A stretch of DNA of 64,000 bases from Gemmatimonadales bacterium (GCA_044867445.1 JBIOUY010000370.1:9037-73036), one strand, 5' to 3'. Numbered from the stretch's first letter, positions 48,740 through 60,513 are shown. Made by a program: numbers and translations. The notes: a model not told the origin generated them from the letters alone.

Positions 48740-49063
48740 TCAGTCGCTGCTGGGAGGCGGCCCGGCCCGGAGCTGGGTCTGCCGGGCCAGGAACCAATCG
48801 GCGTAGTACTCCGACCAGTGTGACTGGGACGCTCCTGCCCGATATTCCGCATCCAAGCCATGGAGCTGCTCCGCCAGGGCCTCGACCGGCGGCACCTGAT
48901 GAAGCAGCCCAGCCATCCGTGGAGCGAGATAGCGGGCGTACCAGACCGGCCACTCCGGGTCGTCTCCGTTGGTGGCCGCGAAGGCCTGGTGATGTGCTGA
49001 TCCGGCTGATCGAAGCAGCTCCGCCAACGCCGCCCTGGCGCTGCCGACCGTTCCTCCAGTCAC
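48740..49063 (-). CDS. Hypothetical protein
   Basis: AHHQAF..DGDDPEWPxWYA-like motif; ATGA coupling. Confidence 0.65.
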   Translation of the reverse strand: MTGGTVGSARAALAELLRSAGSAHHQAFAATNGDDPEWPVWYARYLAPRMAGLLHQVPPVEALAEQLHGLDAEYRAGASQSHWSEYYADWFLARQTQLRAGPPPSSD

Positions 49064-49296
49064 GGGCGTATGGCCGCGCGCTCTCCGAAACGCGCCCTCC
49101 CACCGCGAAACTCGAAATGGCCCTCCACCAGCACCCTGCCCCAGATCACGTCATCCCGACCTCGAAGGAGGTGGCCAGCGAGCACCCGGTCGGCGAGGAT
49201 GGCAGCAGGTTGCCACTCCCCCGGCCGGATCCAGGGATAGCGGTGCGCCTCCTCCGGGCGCAACCGGGCCTCCCGGGTGCTCTCTGCGCTGGACAT
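49060..49296 (-). CDS. Hypothetical protein
   Basis: REARLRPE..YP..GEW..HFEFRGG; fills the operon gap; start uncertain. Confidence 0.6.
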   Translation of the reverse strand: MSSAESTREARLRPEEAHRYPWIRPGEWQPAAILADRVLAGHLLRGRDDVIWGRVLVEGHFEFRGGRARFGERAAIRP

Positions 49297-49336
49297 GACC
49301 AATTGTTGGCGGTCGGGTATCCCTGGCGCAACCACC

Positions 49337-50516
<1,180 letters not shown>

Positions 50517-50530
<14 letters not shown>

Positions 50531-51749
50531 GAACCTCTCCTTGGGTCTCAACCAGTTGAATGACGTGGCCGTCGGGATCGCGGACCAGGATGCCCCGCTG
50601 AAAACCGAGGGTCGTATCGGGCAGCGTTACCGGCGTGGACGAGAGCAGGCGGAATTGTCCCCGCTTAACCACCTGCGCCGCCGCGGCGACGTCGGGGACC
50701 AGTACCGTGGTCTGCCAGTGGACCAGATCGTTGGGCCGTTCGTCTGCCGGGAATGGCCGACCATTCCGCGGGTTCAGGTACTCGAGAAACTCGACGCCGG
50801 GGCCCGACGGCGCTCGGAGACCTGTGATCTGGAGCCGCGCCCCAGGCACACTGTTCAGGTTTTCCTGCTCCGTCCCGAAATTCATGCTCTCGCCCGCGAC
50901 TCGAAAGCCGAGCGCGTCGCGATAGAACGCCAGGCTTGCCTGCGTGTCCCGAACCACAATGGCCGTGTGGTCGATTCCCAGAAAGAGCCGGTCGCTGGCC
51001 GAGTGCCACTTAGGGTCGCCCTTGTCGGGCGGGAACTGCAGCACCTCAAGCGGATGGCCGTCGGGATCGCGGAAGTAGAAGGCGCGGATGCCCGCCGCAT
51101 TCGGGATAGTCTTTGGGAGCAGCTGTGGCCCGGCCGACACCTCGTGCACCTTGAACCGTTGCAAACGGGCGTAGGCGCTGTCCATGTCGCTCACGATCAC
51201 GGCCACATGCTGAAACCAGCGATCGTTGCTCTTGGCATCGGCCGGCGCGGGCCGACCTCGAGGGATCAGATACTGAGAAAGCTGGAGATACTCATCGCCC
51301 AGGCGCAGACGAACCACGCGCACGTGCGCTCCGGAGATGCCGCCGAGCTGCTCGTAGGCTGGGCCGGCGATCTCGTCGTCGGTGAGCTTCTCGAAATCCA
51401 GCACCTTGGTGTAGAACGCCACCGAACGGTTCATATCAGAAACGGTGAGCCCCACCATGGCTACCGCCTGCGCCCGGCTCGCTTGGTTGGTCGGCTCAGT
51501 CGCCTGGGTGGCCGCGTACCTGGGAACGGCACCCTTTCCTTGCCAGGGGTGGGGCGACTGGGCGGGGAGCTGAGGCGCGATGAGGAAACTTGCGAGCAGC
51601 ACAAGCACCGTCAGCCCGAGGAGGCACCGCGCTCCCGTCATCCCGAGCGGAGCGAGGGACCTTCTTAGCCGATCTCCGGAGCTGGCCGGCAAGGTCCCTC
51701 GGTCGCGTTGCTCCCTCGGGATGACGGCACAGCGCATCAAGGCGCTCAT
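50517..51749 (-). CDS. Secreted two-domain VOC/glyoxalase family protein
   Basis: [41 protein letters not shown]. Confidence 0.88.
51637..51725. repeat. REP-like palindrome inside the 5' end of the VOC gene
   Basis: GTCATCCCGAGCGGAGCGAGGGACCT...AGGTCCCTCG..CTCGGGATGAC. Confidence 0.9.
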
Positions 51750-53368
51750 GCCGCCACCCCAGTGGCCTCGGCTGACACCCTAGCCGCGTTTCGTCCGGCA
51801 CCGAGTCGCTCCAGCAGATGATCCCCCACCCGGAGCGCGTTTGCCATGATGGTGAGCGCCGGGTTCACCGCGCCGCTCGAGGGGAAGAAGCTGCCATCCA
51901 CGACGTAAAGATTGTCCACCTCGTGGGCCCGGCAGTTCGGATCGAGCGCCGACGTGTTGGGGTCACGGCCGAATCGGACGGTGCCGTTCTGGTGCGCCAC
52001 GCCGGCCAGCGGAATGCGTTGGCCCAGGAAGAGATTCCGGGCGAAGAGTCCTTGATGACAGCTTTTGCCGTGGATCGAGCAGGTGGTCTGCTGCTGCATC
52101 AGGGCTTCCACCTTCTTGATCAGCCGCTTATGCCCCTCGCCATTGTTCGGAGTGTAGGCGAGAACGATCTTGCCGTCGCGATCGAGGGTGACCCGATTGT
52201 TCGGATCCGGGAGGTCCTCGGAAGTAAGCCAGAAGTCGATCGAGTGCTTCCCCATGAGCTCCAAGGTCCAGCCTGGCGCGATGGCGGGAGCCCCCGCCGA
52301 GAGCGTCGCCCCGTCGAGCTTGCCGACGAAGGAGATGTGCCCCATGGGGAATTCCCACTCCGGTGAGCCGAAATAGAAGTCATTTACCGCGAGCGTCTTC
52401 TGAAAGATTGTGGGGTTGGGACACTTGGAGAGCGCCATCAGCACCGAGTTGACGTGCCCCATGTAATACCGGCCCACCACATCGGAGCCGTTGGCTAGCC
52501 CGCGCGGGTGTTGATCGCTCACCGACCGGAGCAAGAGCGCGGCGGAGTTGATGGCCCCGGCCGAGACCACTACAATGTCGGCCGAATAGATCTCCCGCGC
52601 CCCTTGGCGCTCCACCAACACCTTGGTGACCTCGCGGCCCGACGCGTTGGTTTCCAGGCGGGAAACGTAGGCCCCAGTGAGCAAGATAGCGTTGGGGTAC
52701 TGGAGCGCGGGCTCGACGCAGATCACCTGGGCATCGGACTTGGCCTGGACCAGACAGGGATGGCCGTCGCAGGTCCCGCAGCGAATGCAGCGACTCCGCC
52801 GCCGATCCGATTCGTCGAGCATGATGCCAAGCGGGACATGGAACGGACGCAAACCCAGGGCGGCGAAGTCATCGCTCAGCTGCTGCATCCTCGGCTCGTG
52901 ACTCACGGCCGGGAACTTGTAGGGTGCGCTCGCGGGCGGCTCGGTCGGATCGACTCCGCGCTCCCCGTGCACTTGGTAGAGGTGCTCCGCCGCGGAGTAG
53001 TAGGGCTCCATCTCGTCGTAACTGATCGGCCAGGCGGGCGAGATTCCCTCATGGTGCTTGAGCTCTCCGAAGTCCGCCTTGCGTAGCCGGAATAGAGCAG
53101 CGCCGTAGAACTTGGTATTGCCTCCTACCCAATAGTTGGTGTGAGGATGAAGATCCTTGCCATCCTTGTCGCGCCAGTGCTCAGTCGTCTGGTACTTCCC
53201 CTCCACGTTGACCGCGCGGGTATTCCAGTTATCCGTTTCCCGGGGAACAAAATCCCCGCGCTCCAGGAGGAGGATTCGCTTTCCCGACGGCGCCAGGCGA
53301 TGGAAGAGCGTGCCTCCCCCAGCGCCGGAGCCGATGATGATGATGTCGTAGTGAGTTGAGGGGGGCAT
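51746..53368 (-). CDS. GMC family oxidoreductase
   Basis: GSGAGG, VGGNTKFYG, CIRCGTCDGHPC, AHQNGT, VNPALT. Confidence 0.93.
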   Translation of the reverse strand: MPPSTHYDIIIIGSGAGGGTLFHRLAPSGKRILLLERGDFVPRETDNWNTRAVNVEGKYQTTEHWRDKDGKDLHPHTNYWVGGNTKFYGAALFRLRKADFGELKHHEGISPAWPISYDEMEPYYSAAEHLYQVHGERGVDPTEPPASAPYKFPAVSHEPRMQQLSDDFAALGLRPFHVPLGIMLDESDRRRSRCIRCGTCDGHPCLVQAKSDAQVICVEPALQYPNAILLTGAYVSRLETNASGREVTKVLVERQGAREIYSADIVVVSAGAINSAALLLRSVSDQHPRGLANGSDVVGRYYMGHVNSVLMALSKCPNPTIFQKTLAVNDFYFGSPEWEFPMGHISFVGKLDGATLSAGAPAIAPGWTLELMGKHSIDFWLTSEDLPDPNNRVTLDRDGKIVLAYTPNNGEGHKRLIKKVEALMQQQTTCSIHGKSCHQGLFARNLFLGQRIPLAGVAHQNGTVRFGRDPNTSALDPNCRAHEVDNLYVVDGSFFPSSGAVNPALTIMANALRVGDHLLERLGAGRNAARVSAEATGVAA

Positions 53369-53383
53369 ACGACCACCGCCTGA

Positions 53384-53499
53384 TCAGTGAGAAGTAAGAA
53401 GTGAGAAGTGAGCAGTTAACAGTGAGCGGTGAGCAGTGAGCCGTAGGAGGCGGTAGGGGCTCTCTTACTTCTCACTGCTCACTTCTTACTGCTCACCGC
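53384..53499. repeat. Inverted heptamer arrays
   Basis: gaagtga/gcagtga units, then ttacttc tcactgc tcacttc ttactgc tcaccgc. Confidence 0.9.
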
Positions 53500-53500
53500 T

Positions 53501-54238
53501 CTACTTGCTGCTCATCGCCTCACCCGCCGGCACGATGCTCACCCGCAGCACATCGGCCGTCCGGGGATAGCTGAAGTGATCGCTGACGTGAGCCACCGCG
53601 TTATGCTCGGCCACGCCGGCATCCGGCGTCTTCTGGCGGGGGCCCTGATTGGGACCCAAGCCGGGCTCTTCGTTCACCTCAGTGCCCGCGTCCCACAGCG
53701 AAAGCTGCAGCGTCATGTCTCCCGACTTGGGCTTGCCGGCGGCGTCGAACAGCGCGATCGGCCGATCATTGGAGTAGAACAGGTCGTTGGACTGGCCGAA
53801 CATCCACGCCACCGATAGGGTCTGCCCCGGTGAGGCTGAAACCTCGAAGCTGTAGCCTTGGCCCGGAGTGAGTGGCCCCTGAGCCGTTGCACCGATCGGG
53901 CTCGCATCCGCTCCCACCGAGACAATTCCCTTGGCCCCGGTCAGCGACTTGGCGAGAGGCTCAGGATTACCGGTCTCGGCGAGGGCCTCGAGCCCCTTCC
54001 CCGCGTCCGGCTGGCCGCCGGTGAAGATGGGATTTGCGGCGCCGCTGTGAATGACCCAGAGAACTGGCGCCGATACGAAGGGCGCGGTCTTGGCGTTGGA
54101 CAGCTGCAACACCTCACTCTTCGAGATGTTGTCGACCTTGACGGTGAACTTGGTCGGCTCCGCCGAGCTCTGCGCCGCGGCTCCGTGGGCCGCGGCCAGG
54201 ACGGCCACCGACAGCGAGATTGCGCGGACGAGCGACAT
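53501..54238 (-). CDS. Secreted spondin-N domain protein
   Basis: GLEALAETG, MFGQSNDLF, WDAGTEVNEEPG. Confidence 0.88.
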   Translation of the reverse strand: MSLVRAISLSVAVLAAAHGAAAQSSAEPTKFTVKVDNISKSEVLQLSNAKTAPFVSAPVLWVIHSGAANPIFTGGQPDAGKGLEALAETGNPEPLAKSLTGAKGIVSVGADASPIGATAQGPLTPGQGYSFEVSASPGQTLSVAWMFGQSNDLFYSNDRPIALFDAAGKPKSGDMTLQLSLWDAGTEVNEEPGLGPNQGPRQKTPDAGVAEHNAVAHVSDHFSYPRTADVLRVSIVPAGEAMSSK

Positions 54239-54251
54239 GGGAGTCTCCAGG

Positions 54252-54731
54252 TCAGGAAGCAGGGGTCAGGGGCGCGGTTGCGAAGTTGACGCCGAACCGG
54301 CGGCACCAGATCGTCACGGCCCGATACTTGGAAAGATCGAGATCTTCCGGCACGTCATAGTTCTGGTCGCCCTGGTTACCCTTGAGCTTGCCGACCTCAA
54401 TGAAGCCGGCCTTGGTCACAGTTTCGTTGTCTTTGGCATCGGAGCTGGCGACGAGGTATACCCGAACATCCGGTCCGTTGGAGGTGGCGAATTCCGTCAA
54501 CCGCAGAACCCGCCGGCCATCGCCGAGGTCCTGGATGGTCGCCGTCCCATGGGTCTCGTGGGCTACCGAGTGGAACTGACCGGCCGCAAGGGCCCGGGCC
54601 ACGGAGGCGCCGGCGCTCGCGACCTGCTCCTCATTGACCTTCTGGTTTACAAACAGCAACTCCGGCCGGAACAGATACCAGCCAATCCCTCCGAGCACGA
54701 CCAACCCGACGATCCAGGCACGGCGTTTCAT
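54252..54731 (-). CDS. DM13 domain protein
   Basis: NGPDVRVYL, LKGNQGDQNY, IWCRRFGVNF. Confidence 0.9.
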   Translation of the reverse strand: MKRRAWIVGLVVLGGIGWYLFRPELLFVNQKVNEEQVASAGASVARALAAGQFHSVAHETHGTATIQDLGDGRRVLRLTEFATSNGPDVRVYLVASSDAKDNETVTKAGFIEVGKLKGNQGDQNYDVPEDLDLSKYRAVTIWCRRFGVNFATAPLTPAS

Positions 54732-54791
54732 CCTTCGGTCTCCTTCATGAGACGTGGTGCGGGAGATGACAAGCGATCCTGTCGACGGGGG

Positions 54792-55691
54792 CTATAATGC
54801 CGGCGGGCGAGAAAAGGTTTCCTGCGCTGTCCTGGCCTGGCGAGCCTCGCAGAAGATGCAGCGCTGGTCGTTCGGGTGATGCAGTTTGGCGCAGAAGATG
54901 GCTTCTCGCCCGCGTGTCCGGAGATAGAGTTCGGCCGCTGCCAGCATGCCCAGTGGAGGGGCCGCAAAGTAGAGCCAGAGGGCTGTCCAGTTGCGGGCAA
55001 ACAAGGCAGAACTCAAGGTCCGTGCCGGGTTCATGCTCATCCCCGAGAGGGGCCCCTCGAAAGTGATATACAGGGCGACGAGCGCTCCGGCGCAGAGGCC
55101 GGTGTACCGAGCGAAGCGCCGATGGTTGGAGACCCTCAGAATGACCGCCATCAGCAGAAATGAGATGGCCAACTCCGCCAGGAACGCGACGGCGACGCCA
55201 TCGGGTCCCGGCACGGTAACCGCGAAATTGGTGGCCCGGTCCGCCAGCCGAGCTCCGAGAAGCTCCCATGCCACGAATACCCCCACCGCGCCACCAAGAA
55301 ACTGGGCCACGACGTATCCCACGGCGTCACGCCGGGGCACCTTCCCCAGCCGGAGAAAGGTGAGTGTGGTTGCCGGGTTGAAATGGGCGCCGGACCGCTT
55401 GCCCCAAGGGGAGTAGATCAGCAGGATCGCGGTAGCTCCCATGGCCAGCCCGGTCAGCAACCGGCGGAGGTCGCCGTTGGCGACGCCCTGGCGAACCGGC
55501 GAGGAGGGATATTCCAGCAGCACCGTGAAGGCGCACGCGGAGATCATGAAGATCCCGAGCAGCGCCGCCTCGATCAGGTATTCGGCGCGGAACCTCGGAG
55601 CCTGGACCACAGGCTTTGGCTGGGTGGCGAGCGTAGCCTCGGTGCGTCCGCCGTCACTCAGTTCGGCACCTGCCTGTGTCACCGCGTCCAT
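54792..55691 (-). CDS. MIP/aquaporin family channel with Cys/His-rich tail
   Basis: SGAHFNPA and SMNPAR; tail FCAKLHH..RCIFC. Confidence 0.92.
   Translation of the reverse strand: MDAVTQAGAELSDGGRTEATLATQPKPVVQAPRFRAEYLIEAALLGIFMISACAFTVLLEYPSSPVRQGVANGDLRRLLTGLAMGATAILLIYSPWGKRSGAHFNPATTLTFLRLGKVPRRDAVGYVVAQFLGGAVGVFVAWELLGARLADRATNFAVTVPGPDGVAVAFLAELAISFLLMAVILRVSNHRRFARYTGLCAGALVALYITFEGPLSGMSMNPARTLSSALFARNWTALWLYFAAPPLGMLAAAELYLRTRGREAIFCAKLHHPNDQRCIFCEARQARTAQETFSRPPAL
54796..54821 (-). promoter_or_regulatory. Putative ECF sigma promoter 4
   Basis: GAAACC-N14-GGCATT upstream of the DM13 gene. Confidence 0.55.
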
Positions 55692-57691
55692 GGTGCAACG
55701 CCGGTGAGCGTCCGACCGGGCGCCGCCGAGCGGCTTTCCGCCAGCACCTGCAGATTCAGCCGAAGGGCCTCGCCCACCGACCATGCCTGAAACGGACAGC
55801 CCCGTGGAGTGTACGGTGACTCGGCGTCGGCGATCTCGGAGATGTGCCCCAGGCCGGCCTGGGACAGGTGCTCCATCAGGGGCTCCAGGAATCGCTGCCT
55901 GGCCTCTCCTCGCGCATCGACCGTGTCCCCGCGGACCCGCACCCAGGCGTCCACGAAGGCGCCCAACAACCAGGGCCAGACGGTCCCCTGATGGTAGGCG
56001 GCGTCGCGGGAGCGCATATCGCCCTGGTAAACCGGCTGGTACCCCGGCGAGCCGGGAGCCAGCGTCCGCAACCCGAGTGGGGTCCAGAGCACCTGCTCGA
56101 CCCGCTCCACGATCCGCCGCGCTCGGGCCCCCTCAATGAGTGGGTAGGGTAGTCCGCCTACAGCAAAGATCTGATTGGGGCGGAAAGAGTCATCCACCTG
56201 GCCCGACTGGTGGTCCACATCCACAACGTCGTAGAGACATCCGCCCGCTTCATTCCAGAACCGCCGAGCGAACGCGTCCATTCCTCGCTCGTATACCGCC
56301 CGATAGGCCGGGGTAAACAGCTCCGCAATTCTCAGCGCGTTGAGCCACAGCGCCTGGATCTCGACCGGCTTGCCCACTCGAGGCGTGACCACCCAGTCGC
56401 CCACTTTGGCATCCATCCACGTGAGCTGAACGCCCGGCTCTCCTCCCGCGAGCAAGCCGTCCTCAGCGACTCGGATCCGATAGCGGCCGCCTCGCACGTG
56501 GCCGGCGAGGATCGCCTCAACCGCGCTGCCCAGCTCGCGCTGATCGCGCTGAGCGGCAACCTTGAAGCCGCGGGCGTTCATGGCCGCCAGGTAGTCGTGC
56601 ACCGCGATGATATACCAGAGCGATGCGTCCACCGTGTTGTACTCCGGGGCATCCCCCTGATCCACGAAGCGGTTGGGTAGCATCCCCTCGGAGACCAGCC
56701 CAGCCCACTCGAGCAGAATGGAACGGGCCTCACCCAGCCGTCCCGTGGCGAGACAGAGACCCCGAAGTGAGATGAAGGTGTCCCGACCCCAATCGGTGAA
56801 CCAGGGATAACCGGCCACGATGGTCTTGCCGTCGCCGCGGCGCACGAGATACCCATCGGCCGCGCGCTCCAGCCGAGAGGCGAACCGGGCTCTGCGGGTC
56901 CGCTCCCCGTGGCGCAGCTTCGTGAAGAGGGAGCCGGCGAGGCGCTCGTCACGCATTGTATCACCTGCCGAGAGCAGCAGCACTGCGTCACCCTCCGCCA
57001 GATTCCAGGAGAAGACGCCAGGCGCTGCCAGGTCCTCCACCGCATCGAGCCCGCGAGCCCGCTCTTCGGTGTAGAGGAACCCACGGTACCACTGCTGATC
57101 GGGAGCGTAGCTGCCGTTGCTGAGAGCGGTCACCGGGGGCACGCCCTCGTATGACCGCCACACAACCTTCTGACCGGCAAGCTCAGCGTGGAAGCGAAAG
57201 TCGGGATTCTCGTGATGGGTCGAGTGTGAGTCCCGGCCAGAGAGAAAGGGACGAACCGAGAGGGTGAGCGGGAGGCGCTTGCCGACGATTTTCCAGCGCA
57301 ACGCGACCATGGGCCTGCCGCTGGGTACGAACAGCTCCTGCTCGATCTTGTTGCCGCTCGACAGTTGGTAGACCCAGGTTGGCCAGGGGTCGTCACTAAA
57401 CGATTCGAGGGTAGCACCCTGCTCCGGAGCCACAATTCCGGGATCGTAGCGCTGCCGGGTGAGGTATTCAGGAGCAGAGCTGCTCTCGTGCGGGCCGCCC
57501 GAGGCAGTCGCCACCCAGGCATCCAGCCCATTGACCAGGACCATGCGGCCCGTCGGTGGCGTGGTGGCGGCAAGCAGCAGCGCGTGATAGCGGCGAGTGC
57601 GGAGCCCAGACGTGGTGCCCGAGGCGAATCCTCCCAGGCCATCGGTCTCCAGCCACTCGGTCTGGTCGTCGAGCGAGATAAGCTCGGTCAT
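55679..57691 (-). CDS. Amylo-alpha-1,6-glucosidase (glycogen debranching enzyme-like)
   Basis: EWLETDGLGGFASGT, AGYPWFTDWGRD, LTWMD, YHQGTVWPW, GCPFQAWS. Confidence 0.93.
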   Translation of the reverse strand: MTELISLDDQTEWLETDGLGGFASGTTSGLRTRRYHALLLAATTPPTGRMVLVNGLDAWVATASGGPHESSSAPEYLTRQRYDPGIVAPEQGATLESFSDDPWPTWVYQLSSGNKIEQELFVPSGRPMVALRWKIVGKRLPLTLSVRPFLSGRDSHSTHHENPDFRFHAELAGQKVVWRSYEGVPPVTALSNGSYAPDQQWYRGFLYTEERARGLDAVEDLAAPGVFSWNLAEGDAVLLLSAGDTMRDERLAGSLFTKLRHGERTRRARFASRLERAADGYLVRRGDGKTIVAGYPWFTDWGRDTFISLRGLCLATGRLGEARSILLEWAGLVSEGMLPNRFVDQGDAPEYNTVDASLWYIIAVHDYLAAMNARGFKVAAQRDQRELGSAVEAILAGHVRGGRYRIRVAEDGLLAGGEPGVQLTWMDAKVGDWVVTPRVGKPVEIQALWLNALRIAELFTPAYRAVYERGMDAFARRFWNEAGGCLYDVVDVDHQSGQVDDSFRPNQIFAVGGLPYPLIEGARARRIVERVEQVLWTPLGLRTLAPGSPGYQPVYQGDMRSRDAAYHQGTVWPWLLGAFVDAWVRVRGDTVDARGEARQRFLEPLMEHLSQAGLGHISEIADAESPYTPRGCPFQAWSVGEALRLNLQVLAESRSAAPGRTLTGVAPWTR

Positions 57692-60408
57692 CGGCGGCTC
57701 CCCGCGAGGGCGGCGGGCTTCCGTGCCCCAGCATGAGCTGGGGCTTCCCGTCGGCGCGCAAGGTCTTCGATGCAGCGCACCGCAAGCGCCGTCCACCCGG
57801 TCTGGTGACTGGCGCCTACCCCGCGTCCGTTGTCGCCGTGAAAGTATTCGTAGAAGAGCACCAGATTTTTCCAGTGTGGATCGCTGGCGTAGCGGCTATC
57901 AGCCCCGTGGACTGGGCGACGGCCGCTCTCGTCCTGGAGAAAGATCCGCGCGAGCCGCGCCTGCAGCTCCATCGCGGTCTCCTGGAGGTTCAGCATCCGT
58001 CCTGATCCCATGGGGCACTCCACTCTGAGCTCGTCGCCGTAGAAGTGGTAGTAGCGCTCCAACGCCTCGACCAGCAGGAAATTGATCGGGAACCAGATTG
58101 GGCCGCGCCAGTTCGAGTTGCCGCCGAAGAGCCCAGTATTGCCCTCGGCCGGGACGTAGTCCACCCCGTACGGCATGCCCATCACATCGAACTGGTAGGG
58201 CCGATCCTTATGAATCCGGCTCACCGAGCGAATCCCGTGGGGAGAGAGGAATTCGGTCTCATCCAGCAGATAGCGCAGCACTCGCTCCAGCCGATCCCGT
58301 GACGGGATCGCGAGCAGGCGGCGCACCCGCCCGTCCTTCTCCTGCGGGCGCATGCACGCGATGTTTCGGGTGACGTCCTGCCGGTTCTCCAGGAACCAGT
58401 TCATCCGGCGCTTGAACCCCTCGAGATGGCCGAACTTCTCCTCCTCCAGCACCTCGACTGCGATCAGGGGAAGGGCACCCACCAAGGAACGGATTCTGAG
58501 TGGTATGTGGTGGCCGTCGACGTGAAGTTGGTCGTAGTAGAACCCATCCTCTTCACTCCATAGGCCGGATCCGCCCAGGTGGTTCATCGCATCCGCGATG
58601 CAGATGAAATGCTCGAAGAACTTGGAGGCCACGTCCTCATACGCCGGGTCCTCACTGGCAAGCTCCAGTGCCATGGAGAGCATGGTATTGCAGTAGAATG
58701 CCATCCACGCGGTGCCGTCGGCTTGTTCCAGGTGTCCGCCGGTGGGCAGCGGCCGCGAGCGATCGAAGACCCCGATGTTGTCCAGCCCCAGAAAACCGCC
58801 GGCGAACAGGTTGCGCCCCTCGGGATCCTTCCGGTTGACCCACCAGGTGAAGTTGAGCAGCAGCTTCTGGAAGACGCGCTCCAGGAAAAACCGGTCTCGC
58901 TGCCCCCTGGGCCCCGTCATCTTGTACACCCGCCAGCAGGCCCACGCGTGCACCGGTGGATTCACGTCGCCAAACGCGAATTCGTAGGCCGGGATCTGGC
59001 CATTGGGATGCATGTACCACTCGCGCAGGAACAGGACCAGTTGCTCCTTGGCGAACTCGGGGTCGATCCGGGCGAAGGGGATCATGTGGAACGCGAGGTC
59101 CCAGGCGGCATACCAGGGATACTCCCACTTGTCCGGCATCGAGATGACGTCGCGGTTGTAGATGTGCGGCCATTCGACGTTGCGGCCCGACATCCGACTT
59201 GCCGGTGGGGCCGGTTGAGAAGGATCGCCCTCCAGCCAGTGCTGGGTCACGAAATGAAAGAACTGCTTGCTCCAGAGCAGCCCGGCGTACCCCTGCCGGA
59301 TCACCCGTCGCTCGTCCTCCGTCGCTGCTGCTGGAATCCGCTCGGCGTAGAACTCATCGGCCTCGGCGATCCGATCACGGAAGACGCGATCGAACCCGGC
59401 GCCGAACGGTATGCCCCGGCTCTGCTCTGCGTGGCGCAGACGCAGGCGAACGGTCCGCTGGCCCCCCGATGGTATGGACAGGATGTAGTGGAAGGCGGCC
59501 TTGCTGCCCTCCCTCGCAGGGTTCACCGCGCCGAGCTCTCCGTGTACGACGACGCGGTGAAACGCGTCCTTCACGTAGGGCTGCGGGTTGGGCGCGCCGT
59601 ACAGCCGGCTGAGATTGGTTTCGTTCTCGGTGAACCGGAGTTCGGGATCCGGGGCGCCATCGACGGATTCCGCGTCGAGCTGATACCGACCCAGGCTCTC
59701 CTGCTCAGCGACAAGACTTCTCAGTCCGGACGCTCGGATCACCGGCTTGGCCCAGTAGCCTTCTCCCTGCCGCCCCCAGCTCCAGGTGTTGCGAAACCAG
59801 AGCGTGGGAAGCAGGTGGAGGGTCGCTGTTTCCGGGCCGCGATTCGCTACCGTGATTCGGATCAGCACATCGTCCGTGTCGGCCTTGGCGTACTCGGCGA
59901 AGACGTCGAAGTATCGGTTGTCGTCGAATATGCTGCTGTCGGTCAACTCGAATTCGGGATCCAGTTTCCCCCGTTCCCGGTTGACTCGGACGAGCTGGTC
60001 GTATGGGTATTCCGTCTGAGGATACTTGTAGAGTGCCTTGAGGTAGGAATGGGTGGGCGTGGAGTCGAGGTAGTAGTACAGCTCCTTCACGTCCTCACCG
60101 TGGTTGCCTTCGGGACCGGTGAGCCCGAACAGGCGCTCCTTGAGTATCGGATCTCGCCCGTTCCACAGCGCCAGCGCGAAGCACATCCGCCCTTGGCGGT
60201 CGGTAATGCCGAGCAGTCCGTCCTCGCCCCAGCGGTACGCCCGACTCCTCGCGTGATCATGAGGGAAGTAGTTCCAGCAGTCTCCGTACTCCGAGTAGTC
60301 CTCTCGGACCGTTCCCCACTGGCGTTCGGCCAGGTAGGGTCCCCACCGCTTCCAGTTGCGCTCGCGCCGCGTGTCCTGCGCCAGGCGCTCCGCTTCGGCT
60401 CCAGCCAC
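57688..60408 (-). CDS. MGH1-like / GH63 glucosidase
   Basis: WGPYLAERQWGTVREDYS, MPDKWEYPWYAAWD, NSNWRGPIW, GASHQTGWT. Confidence 0.92.
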   Translation of the reverse strand: MAGAEAERLAQDTRRERNWKRWGPYLAERQWGTVREDYSEYGDCWNYFPHDHARSRAYRWGEDGLLGITDRQGRMCFALALWNGRDPILKERLFGLTGPEGNHGEDVKELYYYLDSTPTHSYLKALYKYPQTEYPYDQLVRVNRERGKLDPEFELTDSSIFDDNRYFDVFAEYAKADTDDVLIRITVANRGPETATLHLLPTLWFRNTWSWGRQGEGYWAKPVIRASGLRSLVAEQESLGRYQLDAESVDGAPDPELRFTENETNLSRLYGAPNPQPYVKDAFHRVVVHGELGAVNPAREGSKAAFHYILSIPSGGQRTVRLRLRHAEQSRGIPFGAGFDRVFRDRIAEADEFYAERIPAAATEDERRVIRQGYAGLLWSKQFFHFVTQHWLEGDPSQPAPPASRMSGRNVEWPHIYNRDVISMPDKWEYPWYAAWDLAFHMIPFARIDPEFAKEQLVLFLREWYMHPNGQIPAYEFAFGDVNPPVHAWACWRVYKMTGPRGQRDRFFLERVFQKLLLNFTWWVNRKDPEGRNLFAGGFLGLDNIGVFDRSRPLPTGGHLEQADGTAWMAFYCNTMLSMALELASEDPAYEDVASKFFEHFICIADAMNHLGGSGLWSEEDGFYYDQLHVDGHHIPLRIRSLVGALPLIAVEVLEEEKFGHLEGFKRRMNWFLENRQDVTRNIACMRPQEKDGRVRRLLAIPSRDRLERVLRYLLDETEFLSPHGIRSVSRIHKDRPYQFDVMGMPYGVDYVPAEGNTGLFGGNSNWRGPIWFPINFLLVEALERYYHFYGDELRVECPMGSGRMLNLQETAMELQARLARIFLQDESGRRPVHGADSRYASDPHWKNLVLFYEYFHGDNGRGVGASHQTGWTALAVRCIEDLARRREAPAHAGARKPAALAGSRR

Positions 60409-60471
60409 GGTAAATCCTCCCGATGGCGCCGTACCGCCGTCTGTAGACGAGTTTTGCGATTACCTGCCTAG

Positions 60472-60497
60472 AATGACAACCAGGGGGGAATGGTTCC
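60472..60497 (-). promoter_or_regulatory. Putative ECF sigma promoter 5
   Basis: GGAACC-N14-GTCATT upstream of the glucosidase operon. Confidence 0.65.
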
Positions 60498-60513
60498 CCG
60501 GTTTATCGGCGAG

